A DNA stretch of 63,641 nucleotides, the filler included. It is 5 parts of 5 records of this genome, joined end to end, with 100 filler letters (N's around TTAATTAATTAA, not from the genome) between each part and the next. Parts side by side here need not be neighbours in the genome. Positions count along the whole stretch, not along the records: positions 30,688 to 52,731 come from SRR31156797_799; positions 52,832 to 63,641 come from SRR31156797_800; 3 more parts are not named here. One strand, given 5' to 3'. The notes under the pieces are model-generated. The model was not told the DNA's origin. It searched no databases and saw only the letters and a list, made by a program, of their open reading frames with translations. The position numbers were made by a program, and so were the translations under genes. Below, one piece after another: positions 50,759-60,569 of this stretch (the stretch's first letter is position 1; the number at the start of each line of letters is the position of its first letter).

Positions 50759-51853
50759 TTATGCTTTTTCGCTTACCGAGAAGAGTTCAATTTGCTCTTT
50801 CCGGCCACGCAGTTCGTTGGTGCCCATGGATTTTACGAAGTATCTCCGGCTTAAATCAAGATGATCAAGCAGGTCGGCCGAAACTAGGAGATCAACACCA
50901 TAATCGTTGCAGAGCGCCTGGATGCGTGCCGTGGCATTGAGGGCATCACCGGTAAAAAGGATATCTTTCTTCACCCTGCCGATTTCTCCGGCGGTAACTT
51001 TTCCAGGGTGAAGGCCTGCCTTAAAAGTCGGGGCAATGCCAAAGTTTTCAAGGTACCAGTCATGCCGCTTGTGCAAATCGTTTTTCATGCCAAAAAAACA
51101 ATGAATAGCATTGTTATTTTCGGCAGAGCTTTTCAGTTTCCACGAAACGATGATCTCATCCCCAACGTACTGGTATATCTCACCGCCATATTTCACCACC
51201 GCATCCGAAAGGTCGTCATAATAAGCTTTCAGCAACTCGAAATACTTTGTGTTGCCCAGTTGCTCGGCATAGGTAGTTGATGATTTCATATCGAGAAACA
51301 TAAAGATGCGCTGCTCCTCAACAGGCTTGTGGTATTTTCCGGTAAAGAATTTCAAGAGGAAATTATTTCCGATCGTATCATTTATCTCGGTGTAGAATAA
51401 TGAAGCAATCAGCGAAACAGTCATTTGCAGCGCAGTACTCAGGTGGGTATAGCTCACCACAAACTCGAGGTAATTATTCAGGATAAGGCGACTGAACACC
51501 GAGGCTTTGTTCTCAATGGCAGAGGCTGCCATAAAAGTAATGAAGATGATCACCGAAAGCAGCGTACTATAAACCAGGAATTTATACAGGAGCTTTTTAC
51601 CAAAGCTATATTTTGAGAACCGTTTGTTCAGGTAGGCCAATTCGATAGTACCGATGATCGTACCCACCAACGACACGGCAAGGCTGGCAAAAATAAAAAC
51701 GTTGATATCTACTTTAACCGCTGAGGATGGCGTGTTTTCGAACCCACCCATGGCGGCCATTTCGATAAACAGGAAAATCCATCCCAGAAACAGCCAAACC
51801 AGGCCAAAGGGGATGATGCGCTGAATGTTCCGTTTTGTTTTTGGTGAAATCAA
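50759..51853 (-). CDS. Class III adenylate/guanylate cyclase with TM region
   Basis: FLDMKSST, YQYVGDE, GLH.G, GDALNATARIQ. Confidence 0.88.
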   Translation of the reverse strand: MISPKTKRNIQRIIPFGLVWLFLGWIFLFIEMAAMGGFENTPSSAVKVDINVFIFASLAVSLVGTIIGTIELAYLNKRFSKYSFGKKLLYKFLVYSTLLSVIIFITFMAASAIENKASVFSRLILNNYLEFVVSYTHLSTALQMTVSLIASLFYTEINDTIGNNFLLKFFTGKYHKPVEEQRIFMFLDMKSSTTYAEQLGNTKYFELLKAYYDDLSDAVVKYGGEIYQYVGDEIIVSWKLKSSAENNNAIHCFFGMKNDLHKRHDWYLENFGIAPTFKAGLHPGKVTAGEIGRVKKDILFTGDALNATARIQALCNDYGVDLLVSADLLDHLDLSRRYFVKSMGTNELRGRKEQIELFSVSEKA

Positions 51854-51956
51854 GGTTTAAGATTTTTACACCCTCATAAACTGTTTTCAGGTGAATCGGT
51901 TCACATTGCTCTAAAATGAAAATATGCCAAAAATGAAAGAGTTCTTTTTCAGCTGT

Positions 51957-52379
51957 TTACGCATGCACGTAGTCACAGGAACAACTAAAACAATTATCCC
52001 GATGTACACTTACCGGTTGTTTACATTCCGGACACAACCACCGATCGTTCTCAAGCTCCAGAAATTTCCCCATCCCTTTATCCCGGATCATCTCCAGGTT
52101 TTCGATCATGCTCATGTGGTATTTTGAGCGGTAGCGTTTGTCGAGTTGTTTGATGCGGCGGCAGGGAAATTTATCACAATCATAGCAGGCATGGGAAGGC
52201 AGGTTTTTCCTGATTTCACAGGTAACCACACTGCATTGCCGGCAGTATTTGGGCTTTTCGCTATCCAGGCCCAGGCAGCCGCCACATTTGTTCTTTTCTC
52301 GCAGAAAAGCCATGCAGGCACCGCAGTTCATGCCGCAGGGGGCAATCAATCCTTTGTATCTGAATTCCTGTTCTGACAT
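51957..52379 (-). CDS. DUF3795 family Cys-rich protein
   Basis: IAPCGMNCGAC, C.GC, C..C..FPC. Confidence 0.8.
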   Translation of the reverse strand: MSEQEFRYKGLIAPCGMNCGACMAFLREKNKCGGCLGLDSEKPKYCRQCSVVTCEIRKNLPSHACYDCDKFPCRRIKQLDKRYRSKYHMSMIENLEMIRDKGMGKFLELENDRWLCPECKQPVSVHRDNCFSCSCDYVHA

Positions 52380-52471
52380 ATTAATCTGTTTTCCGCCAAC
52401 CGAAAGGATCAGGATATTTCAGTAAGCGAAATGCAGTTCAAAGATAAAAGATTATCCTGAAGCGGATAAAT

Positions 52472-52546
52472 CTATTTCCTTCCGGCAATCCCACAACCCA
52501 GCGCCCCGACAATCTGAGGGTCTTCAGGCACCAGCAAAGGTTTTTT
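52472..52546 (-). pseudogene. C-terminal remnant of a CoA-activase (HgdC/BadF-type) gene
   Basis: Reads KKPLLVPEDPQIVGALGCGIAGRK*; REP-like units lie upstream. Confidence 0.5.
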
Positions 52547-52731
52547 GGGTGTTTCTCGTGTAGCAGGCCTTCAGCCTGCGGTTTATGTGTTGGTAGCAGT
52601 TCTTTTTGTTTTTGCAGGCCTTCAGCCTACACCTTCAGTTTGTCTAGCCACAAAACAAAGCCATGCATTTAAAGATAGATGCATCAGCATGATGGGCTGA
52701 GATACCATAATCTTACGGCCAAGTTAGGAAA

Positions 52732-52831
52732 NNNNNNNNNNNNNNNNNNNNNNNNNNNNNNNNNNNNNNNNNNNNTTAATTAATTAANNNNNNNNNNNNN
52801 NNNNNNNNNNNNNNNNNNNNNNNNNNNNNNN
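52732..52831. other. Artificial contig spacer
   Basis: N44-TTAATTAATTAA-N44. Confidence 0.98.
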
Positions 52832-52833
52832 AG

Positions 52834-53196
52834 ACGTCATCTCCGGCTGACCATGAGTGCTGGCGTTTTGTGAACGGCAAAATTGAAATCCATCTGGATC
52901 GCGTGCCGGAACTTGAAAAGGTCGGCGGTGCCGTCCGTCTGGAAGGGAACGGATCCCCTGAAAGGGTCCTGGTCATTCACGGTCGGGATGGTCAATTTCA
53001 CGCCTATAAAAACCGCTGCACCCATGCCGGTCGCAGAATCGATCCTTACAACGAGAGTGAATTGCTCAGGTGTTGCAGTATTTCCAAATCAACCTTTGAT
53101 TATGAGGGAAATGTCATTTCGGGGGCGGCCAAAAAGTCTTTGACCCCCTTTGATGTGGAGCAGGAAGAAGGGAAACTGATGGTTTCCGTCTTGTAG
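52834..53196 (+). CDS. Rieske-type ferredoxin-like protein, probably 5'-truncated
   Basis: N.CTH.G, S.FD..G.V..G.A...L..F; frame is open to the contig edge. Confidence 0.7.
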   Translation, partial: TSSPADHECWRFVNGKIEIHLDRVPELEKVGGAVRLEGNGSPERVLVIHGRDGQFHAYKNRCTHAGRRIDPYNESELLRCCSISKSTFDYEGNVISGAAKKSLTPFDVEQEEGKLMVSVL

Positions 53197-53301
53197 CGCC
53201 TTCATCTACCGTTTAGCACCGGTCTTTCTTTGTGAGCGTTACCGTTTCATGTTGGGGCCCTTTCATTTACGGGTATATGCGGGGTAAAAAACAGTAATTT
53301 C

Positions 53302-56300
53302 ATGATGAAGCGCAGAAAAGTTTTTTATTGGATCGGGAGCATTTTGGGCGGAATCCTGCTCTTGTCATGTGTATTGCTCCTGGCGGCGCCCCTGCTCATA
53401 AACCTCGACAGGGTACATGGAGAGATGAAAGCCCGTTTCAACCGGGAAACGGGCGGGCAAGGCACATTCCAAAAGCTGGACCTTTACTTTCTGCCCCGGC
53501 CCCATGCGGTCATCCGCGGAGGACAGCTTTCTTTTCCCGGAAGGGGTACCGTTGTTTTTGAATCCGTAGCGGTTTATCCAAAGCTTTTGCCGCTGCTAAA
53601 AGGGGAGTTTCATCCGGCCCGGGTTCAATGTTTATCTCCCCGTACTGAAATTGACCTTTCTTCAGCCGGAAAAGAGAGCCCATTCCCACCCCTTTTCTCC
53701 GAAACCGCCGGGAAATTCGAAATGCCCCCGGAATTCCATACCTGGATGAACAAAATCGGCGGCATCATGATCCAGGTTGAAAACGGTCTCTTGAATCTTA
53801 CCGCCAAGGGCCCAATCTTCAAAAACCGGGCATTGTTCCGGTTTAGTGACATTAACATTTCAACCGGGCAAGCAAACGGCAGTCTCTCCATTAACTTGAC
53901 ATGCGCCTCCAACCTTTTTGAAAATATGGCCTTGAAGGTTCAGCTGAAACCGGCTTCCTTAAAAACAAAAGGGACTTTAACCCTTTCAGGCTTCAAAGCC
54001 TGGGAATTACCCAACAAACCGCAACACCATGAGGCCGTACGGCTGGAAGACGGCACCATGGACTTTCACATGGATTTTGAAGGGACGGGTTTAGAAAGCC
54101 TGACAGGCAATGTAAACCTGTCCACCCCCTCCGTGGCGTTTTCACGGGGCCGAAAAAGGATTACCGTTAAAGGCGGGCAAATCCAGGGCAATATCCAGCT
54201 TGGGAAAGGTATTCTGATTACGTCTTTGTCTCACATGACCCTGGACTACCCCCCAATGGATCTGTCCGGAACCCGATTAGAACTGGGCAAAAAGGATGGG
54301 CCGCGGGTAAGCATTCACCTTGAGGGAAAAGATGTGGACGTGCTTGCCGTTCGTTCCTGCGCCCTGGCTTTGGCGGACGATATTTCAGCGGTTAAGGATA
54401 TCTTTGCGGTTATCAGGGACGGGTATGTCCCGGCCATACGGGTCGATGCCCGGGGGAAATCCCTGGCCGATCTGGGCAACCTGAATAACTATAACATTAA
54501 AGGCCATATGCGAAAGGGGAAGATTTCCCTGACAAACCCGAGACTTGACCTGGAAGAAGTAGAGGGTGGCGCCCTGATCTCCCATGGGATTCTCAGAGGG
54601 CAGAGAATCACGGCAAACTTAGGTAAAATCAATGGAAAAAATGGAATTCTTACAGTAGCGCTTGAAGATAATGCGGCCCCTTTTGACCTGAACATACAGG
54701 TGGACGCAGACCTGGCCGAGGCCCATTCCCTTTTGAAACGGCTTGTAACAAAGGGCGATTTTTCCAAAGAGCTGAACCATATCCGTTCAATGGATGGGAA
54801 AGCAACGGCAAGGCTGAAGCTGGATGAAACGGAGAACGGCCTGCGGGTGGACGTGGATTGTTCCTCCTGCCGCCTGAAAGCCTTCTACCGGCCCCTGCCG
54901 TTACCCGTTACCGTTAAAAGCGGCGGGTTTCATTATGGGCGGAATCATATCCGTTTGCGTGAATTGGCGGGCACCTATGGTCAATCCGAATTTCTTCTGG
55001 CATCAGCCCTTTTAGACTGGCAGGATGAACCGCACATGGAAATTGCTTCCGCAAAGGGTACGGTTGTCCTGGAACAGATCCATCCCCTCCTTTCCGCCAT
55101 GGAAGGGGCGGGCAAATGGCTAAAAAAATTGGATGGCGTTAAAGGCCGGTTGTTTTTTCATTCCCTGACCCTGAAAGGCCCCCTTAAAACCCCTGCCGCC
55201 TGGCAGTACCGAACGGATTTCGAAGTTGAGAAACTCTTCCTTGACGCGGCATTTTTGCCGGGACCTCTGAGGGCAAAAAAAGCACGGGTAAAGGCCGGCA
55301 CGGGAGGCATCCGTTTCAGCAACGCCGAGGTCAATATCCTGGATGCATCCTTCAACATGGCAGGTAGATCAGCGGGCCCCGTAACGGATATTCGAAAGTT
55401 TGAAACCACCCTGTCGGGAACCTTAGGGTTTCAAGGGATGCAATATCTCCATGAAACCTGTGCAATGCCCGAAGACTTCCTGCTGCGAACGCCCATGACC
55501 ATTCATTCGGGCCGTGCTCTCTGGGAAAAGAGCACCGGAGTATCCTTTGGCGGGGATCTGCTTTCCCCCGAAGGAGTCGCCGTATCCCTGGATGTCTCTT
55601 ATGGTCCTGAAAAATTGAACATTCGAAAACTGGTGGTGGAAGACCGTACCACGCGGGCGACCCTCGGTTTGCTGGCGCATGAATCGCTGGTGGACATCGA
55701 TTTTTCGGGAAAGCTCCGGAAGTCTACCCTGGACGGGCTGTTTGCAAAAAACCTTATTTTGGACGGTTGGATTGAGGGCGACATATCCGCCCGGATATTA
55801 CCCCAACAATCGTTCAGCACCTCAGCGGAAGGGTTCCTCACCGGAAAGGGCATCCCCATTTACGGGGCGGCGCTGCCGGCAACAATTGAGGACTTTTCTT
55901 TGCGGGCCGAAGGGCAATTGCTCCGTGTTGATTCGGCCCGCATGGCCCTTTATGAAAACAGATTAGCCATGAGCGGAACGGCCGATCTTTCAACGGAAAA
56001 CACCCGCTTTGATGTGGACATTGTAACCGATAACGTTGATCTTGACAAAATCCTGGCATTCCTGAAAGAATCGGACCTGAGAGAACCGGACCTGAGAGAA
56101 TCGGATGGCACCGCCGCAAAGAAGGATGATAAAGGATTCTGGCCTTTCCCCATTCATGGCACGGCACATTTAATGTGGGACAGTTTGAAAATCGGCGGGT
56201 ACACCTGGCACCCTTTTCAAGGGGAAATCACCGTGGACCCCGAAGGCATCCGGGTTGCCGTGGAAAACAGCAGATTATGCGGTATCTCGTCACCGGGTGA

Positions 56301-57018
56301 TTTACGGATTAAACCGGATAGCATTGAACTTGCGTTCCGTTTGAAGGCTGAGAAAAGTGATTTGAACCGATGCATAACCTGTCTCACCAAAAAGCGGGTT
56401 GTTGCCGAAGGCACCTTTAATCTGGACGGAAAAATCGAGGGGAAGGGCAACTGGAACAATCTCATTAAAAGGCTGGCGGGGCCGTTTCTGTTTTCCTCTA
56501 CCGACGGACATGTGAGACAGGATCCGGCATTGGCAGGGGTGATATCGGTTCTAAGCGTCACGGACATCTTTCAAGGCAAGCTTCCCGTATTTGAAAAGGA
56601 AGGGCTCCCTTACGATTTGGTACGGATTAAAGCGAACCTTAAGGATGGAAAAATTCACATCCATGAGGGTGTCATGAACAGCACAGCCATGGACCTTGTG
56701 TTTCAAGGGGATTTGGATCTTTTAAATGACCGGCTGAATCTCAACATCCTAGCCTCCCCTTTCACCCTGACGGATCGCATCATCAGGCTTATTCCGGTGG
56801 CGGGGTACATTCTGGGGGGAACCCTCATTTCCGTTCCCGTCAAGGTGGACGGCCCCATGAAAAATCCGAAAGTTCGTATCCTTCCCCTTTCGGAGATCGG
56901 ATCGGGTGTGTGGGGAATCATGAAAAGAACCTTCGAAGCACCGGTAAGAATGGTTGAACCGCTGGTGGGAGAGGAAAAAAGACCCAAAGACAAAGAAGAT
57001 GAATCGATATTCTGGTAA
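53302..57018 (+). CDS. AsmA-like/YhdP-type envelope protein
   Basis: N-terminal TM anchor, long beta-rich body, AsmA-like C-terminus (IPVAGYILGG...V.G..KNPKV). Confidence 0.75.
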   Translation: MMKRRKVFYWIGSILGGILLLSCVLLLAAPLLINLDRVHGEMKARFNRETGGQGTFQKLDLYFLPRPHAVIRGGQLSFPGRGTVVFESVAVYPKLLPLLKGEFHPARVQCLSPRTEIDLSSAGKESPFPPLFSETAGKFEMPPEFHTWMNKIGGIMIQVENGLLNLTAKGPIFKNRALFRFSDINISTGQANGSLSINLTCASNLFENMALKVQLKPASLKTKGTLTLSGFKAWELPNKPQHHEAVRLEDGTMDFHMDFEGTGLESLTGNVNLSTPSVAFSRGRKRITVKGGQIQGNIQLGKGILITSLSHMTLDYPPMDLSGTRLELGKKDGPRVSIHLEGKDVDVLAVRSCALALADDISAVKDIFAVIRDGYVPAIRVDARGKSLADLGNLNNYNIKGHMRKGKISLTNPRLDLEEVEGGALISHGILRGQRITANLGKINGKNGILTVALEDNAAPFDLNIQVDADLAEAHSLLKRLVTKGDFSKELNHIRSMDGKATARLKLDETENGLRVDVDCSSCRLKAFYRPLPLPVTVKSGGFHYGRNHIRLRELAGTYGQSEFLLASALLDWQDEPHMEIASAKGTVVLEQIHPLLSAMEGAGKWLKKLDGVKGRLFFHSLTLKGPLKTPAAWQYRTDFEVEKLFLDAAFLPGPLRAKKARVKAGTGGIRFSNAEVNILDASFNMAGRSAGPVTDIRKFETTLSGTLGFQGMQYLHETCAMPEDFLLRTPMTIHSGRALWEKSTGVSFGGDLLSPEGVAVSLDVSYGPEKLNIRKLVVEDRTTRATLGLLAHESLVDIDFSGKLRKSTLDGLFAKNLILDGWIEGDISARILPQQSFSTSAEGFLTGKGIPIYGAALPATIEDFSLRAEGQLLRVDSARMALYENRLAMSGTADLSTENTRFDVDIVTDNVDLDKILAFLKESDLREPDLRESDGTAAKKDDKGFWPFPIHGTAHLMWDSLKIGGYTWHPFQGEITVDPEGIRVAVENSRLCGISSPGDLRIKPDSIELAFRLKAEKSDLNRCITCLTKKRVVAEGTFNLDGKIEGKGNWNNLIKRLAGPFLFSSTDGHVRQDPALAGVISVLSVTDIFQGKLPVFEKEGLPYDLVRIKANLKDGKIHIHEGVMNSTAMDLVFQGDLDLLNDRLNLNILASPFTLTDRIIRLIPVAGYILGGTLISVPVKVDGPMKNPKVRILPLSEIGSGVWGIMKRTFEAPVRMVEPLVGEEKRPKDKEDESIFW

Positions 57019-57043
57019 ATACTTTTTCTGGAGGATTTAAACA

Positions 57044-57559
57044 ATGAGAATTGGAAGTATTGTTTTTTGTATGCTGTTGTTTCTGGCAGCCTGTGTACCC
57101 GCAAAAACATGGATCAGCAACCCTTCCACACAGCAGGTGCAGAATGCTGATTTCAGCGCTCGACTCACGCCCCTTAAAAGGGATAAGGAACATTTCGTGT
57201 CATTCAGGCTTTTCATTAACAATAAAACGGACCGGAAGCTGAAAATTGACTGGAACCAAACGCGGTATCTTGTAAATGGAAAAGCCTTTGGCCCGTTTGT
57301 ATTTCCGGATATAGACCCCGCAACCATTAAAAAATCGATCCCACCGGATACGATTCCGGCGGGTGGTACTTTCAGCAAGGAAGTCTTTCCCCTGAAGCTG
57401 GTAGCCTTTGCCCCAATGCGACAGGACATTCTGGATGGAGAGGGCCGGGGACTCTATCCGGGCCCCCTTCCAAAAGGAAAAAACGCCATGGACCTGATCA
57501 TCCATAAAGGAGACCGTCAACTAAAGCAGCGGATTACTGTGGATATAGAGCAGAATTAA
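57044..57559 (+). CDS. Hypothetical lipoprotein
   Basis: Lipobox LAAC. Confidence 0.65.
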   Translation: MRIGSIVFCMLLFLAACVPAKTWISNPSTQQVQNADFSARLTPLKRDKEHFVSFRLFINNKTDRKLKIDWNQTRYLVNGKAFGPFVFPDIDPATIKKSIPPDTIPAGGTFSKEVFPLKLVAFAPMRQDILDGEGRGLYPGPLPKGKNAMDLIIHKGDRQLKQRITVDIEQN

Positions 57560-57650
57560 TTTACCATGATTGGCAATTTACTTGACAAGACCGGAAATCA
57601 ACGGTTAGGAGTAGGTCCAATATATTTGAAAAACAAAGAATACCAGGAGC

Positions 57651-58973
57651 ATGACAATGAATCCCATCGCAGAAGAACTTAACGGAATTATTGAGAACGG
57701 AAACCCTCATGTTTATGACATGCTGAGTAGCGTGGGCAAGAACCTCTTTTTCCCGAAAGGTATCCTTTCACAAAGCGCTGAAGCCAAGGAAAAAGCCCAT
57801 AGATTCAATGCCACCATCGGGATGGCCACGGAAAAAGGGGATACCATGTTTCTCCCGTCCATCATGGGCATGCTCAATGACATCTCCCCCAGGGAGGCTC
57901 TCACATACGCCCCGTCTTTCGGTATCCTGCCCCTTCGCGAGGCATGGAAGGAAGAGATATTCCGAAAAAATCCTTCACTAACGGGGAAAGAGATCAGCCT
58001 GCCGGTTACCTGTAATGCCATTACCCATTGTTTGAGCGTTGTTTCAGATATTTGGGTGGACCCGGGGGATGTCATCATCCTTCCGGATAAAATGTGGGGC
58101 AATTACAACCTGATCTTTGGCGTCAGAAAAGGGGCCGTCATCAAAAATTATACTTTTTTCGGCCCCAATGGCGGTTTCAACATGGACGCCTTTAAAACCT
58201 GTGTGGAAAAAGAAGCCGAAGAACGGAAAAAGATTATTGTGCTGCTCAATTTCCCCAACAACCCCACCGGGTATACCATTTCACCGGAAGAAGCGGACGG
58301 CATTGCCGACATCCTGGCAAATATTGCCAAGAACGGAACCCATGTGGTGGCCTTTACGGATGATGCCTACTTCGGTCTTTTTTATGAAGAAAACGCCATG
58401 AAGGAGTCCATTTTCACACAGTTGAATGACCGTGACCCCAATCTTCTGGCCGTCAAACTGGACGGGGCCACCAAGGAAAACTTCGTGTGGGGTCTACGGG
58501 TGGGCTTTGTCACATACGGCTGTCCCGTCGAGGGAGAATCGCGGCCATTTTATGATGCACTGGAGAGAAAAACGGCGGGCGCGGTCAGGGGGTCCATATC
58601 CAACGCCTCGCACTTGAGCCAGGAGATGGTCCTCAAATCGTTGCACTCGAAGGACTACCTGTCTGAAAAGGAAGAGAAATTTGAAATCATGAAGGCAAGG
58701 GCCCAGGAAGTTAAAAGTGTGCTTGCCGACCCGAAATACAATGATGCCTGGGACGTGTATCCCTTTAATTCCGGCTATTTCATGTGCCTGAACCTTAAAA
58801 CCGTTGATGCGGAACCGCTTCGGGTCCATCTTCTGGATCAATACGGCGTGGGGCTGATCGCTTTGGGCAAGACGGACCTTCGGGTGGCTTTTTCCTGTCT
58901 GGAAAAAGAGGACACCCGGGAACTGTTTGATACAGTGCTCAAAGGCGTGGAAGACCTTTCGGGTGGAAAATAG
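57651..58973 (+). CDS. PLP-dependent aminotransferase class I/II
   Basis: NFPNNPTGY, DDAY, DGATKE...WGLRVG. Confidence 0.9.
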   Translation: MTMNPIAEELNGIIENGNPHVYDMLSSVGKNLFFPKGILSQSAEAKEKAHRFNATIGMATEKGDTMFLPSIMGMLNDISPREALTYAPSFGILPLREAWKEEIFRKNPSLTGKEISLPVTCNAITHCLSVVSDIWVDPGDVIILPDKMWGNYNLIFGVRKGAVIKNYTFFGPNGGFNMDAFKTCVEKEAEERKKIIVLLNFPNNPTGYTISPEEADGIADILANIAKNGTHVVAFTDDAYFGLFYEENAMKESIFTQLNDRDPNLLAVKLDGATKENFVWGLRVGFVTYGCPVEGESRPFYDALERKTAGAVRGSISNASHLSQEMVLKSLHSKDYLSEKEEKFEIMKARAQEVKSVLADPKYNDAWDVYPFNSGYFMCLNLKTVDAEPLRVHLLDQYGVGLIALGKTDLRVAFSCLEKEDTRELFDTVLKGVEDLSGGK

Positions 58974-59133
58974 GGGAAAGGCCCGGGTGGGGGTGAAAAC
59001 CTCTCCTTTTTGCGAATCCGTTAGACGGTGTATCGTTCAATACCGGTAGGGGACCGGCTCTTTGAATCCATAATCCCTTACCGGTTTTTCATGGGGAGGC
59101 TCTTTGGAAGCGCCCGGGACTCCTCTTACCCGT

Positions 59134-60435
59134 CTATGGCTTTGTTTCATCAATGACCCGCTTGGCCTTCCCTTCGCTTCTTGGAATGGTCCCCCCGTCC
59201 AGGATGGTCACCGGAATCTTGATCCCGATCCGTTCCCGAAGGTGATTGCCGATTCTCTTCTCCAGCTCCTCGAGATTATCCCTTCCCTGGAGATAAACCT
59301 CCCGCCTGGCCTCCACTTCCACGGATAACTTGGTCAGGTGTCCCTTTTTGAAGACCCTGATCAAATATTGAGGTTCCGTTTCTTCAAATTCCAACACAAT
59401 GCTCTCGATCTGGGAGGGGAAAACGTTAACCCCTGTGATAATCAACATATCATCGGCTCGTCCCACGATCCGGTCCATGGCAACCAGGGTCTTGCCGCAA
59501 GGGCATTTTTCCCTTCTCAGGGTGCTGATATCCCTGGTCCGGTATCGAATAATAGGCATGGCCCGGCGTTGCAGGGAGGTGAAAACCAGTTCGCCCCGTT
59601 CCCCCTCGGAAAGGGTCTTCCCGGTTTCCGGGTCGATGATTTCCGGGTAGATGTGATCCTCATTGATATGAAGTCTCCCGTTCTCACAGCTTCCGGCAAC
59701 ACCCGGGCCCATCAGTTCCGTGAGGCCGAACATTTCATGGCATTTGGCCCCCATCCTTTCCTGGAGGTCCGTTTTCATCTCTTCACTCCACGGTTCGGCG
59801 CCGAAAACGGCGATTTTCAGGGGTAGGTTTCTCATGTCTACCCCCATGGCTTCCGCCTTCTCCACTACGGTCATTCCGTAGGATGGTGTGCTCAAAAAAA
59901 CGGTGCTGCCCAGATCCTGCATCAAAAGGACCTGCCGTTCCGTCATCCCGCCGCTCACCGGGATGACGGCACAACCGATTTTTTCAAGCCCCTGATGGCA
60001 TCCCGCACCCCCTGTGAAGATGCCGTACGGAACCGCGTTCTGGCAGATGTCTCCGGGCCTGACGCCCTGTCCCCAAAGAATCCTGGCCATACAGTCCGTC
60101 CACTGATTCAGATCGTCCCGGGAATAGGGACCGATAATGGGGTGCCCCGTTGTCCCCGAGGAGGCATGGATTCTGGCCAGATTATCCTTTGAGATGGCGC
60201 ACATGCCGAAAGGATAATAATCCCTCAGATCTGTTTTCACCGTGAAGGGAAGTTCGGCTATATCTTCAAGGGACCGGATGTCATCTGCGCTTATCCCCTT
60301 CTCATCAAATCCGTCTCTGTAAAAGGGGAGCTTGTCGTAGACCCATCTTGCGGTTTCCCTGAGTTTTTTCAACTGGAGCTTCCGCATCTCCTCACGGGAC
60401 ATCGTTTCGATCTTCTCATCCCAGTACCTGTTCAT
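59134..60435 (-). CDS. paaK: Phenylacetate-CoA ligase family
   Basis: LPFTVKTDLRD.YPFG, HASSGTTG, FGAEPW, GL.E.MGPGV, RYRTRD, GR.DDM, GVNVFPSQIE, GKAKR. Confidence 0.88.
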   Translation of the reverse strand: MNRYWDEKIETMSREEMRKLQLKKLRETARWVYDKLPFYRDGFDEKGISADDIRSLEDIAELPFTVKTDLRDYYPFGMCAISKDNLARIHASSGTTGHPIIGPYSRDDLNQWTDCMARILWGQGVRPGDICQNAVPYGIFTGGAGCHQGLEKIGCAVIPVSGGMTERQVLLMQDLGSTVFLSTPSYGMTVVEKAEAMGVDMRNLPLKIAVFGAEPWSEEMKTDLQERMGAKCHEMFGLTELMGPGVAGSCENGRLHINEDHIYPEIIDPETGKTLSEGERGELVFTSLQRRAMPIIRYRTRDISTLRREKCPCGKTLVAMDRIVGRADDMLIITGVNVFPSQIESIVLEFEETEPQYLIRVFKKGHLTKLSVEVEARREVYLQGRDNLEELEKRIGNHLRERIGIKIPVTILDGGTIPRSEGKAKRVIDETKP

Positions 60436-60569
60436 CTTTAGAGGACCTCCTTTTTGGGGCCGGGCCCCTTGCTTGAATTATAAAATTTGTCATTTATACT
60501 GAAAAAAATCCGGCGGATGTTCCCATTCAATCCCCCATGTAATTTTCCTCCCCGATCCGGAATGCTGCC

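Noticed and set aside
56067-56105. 15-bp tandem duplication (ESDLREPDLRESD) in the AsmA-like gene
   Set aside because: In-frame slippage in a probable loop
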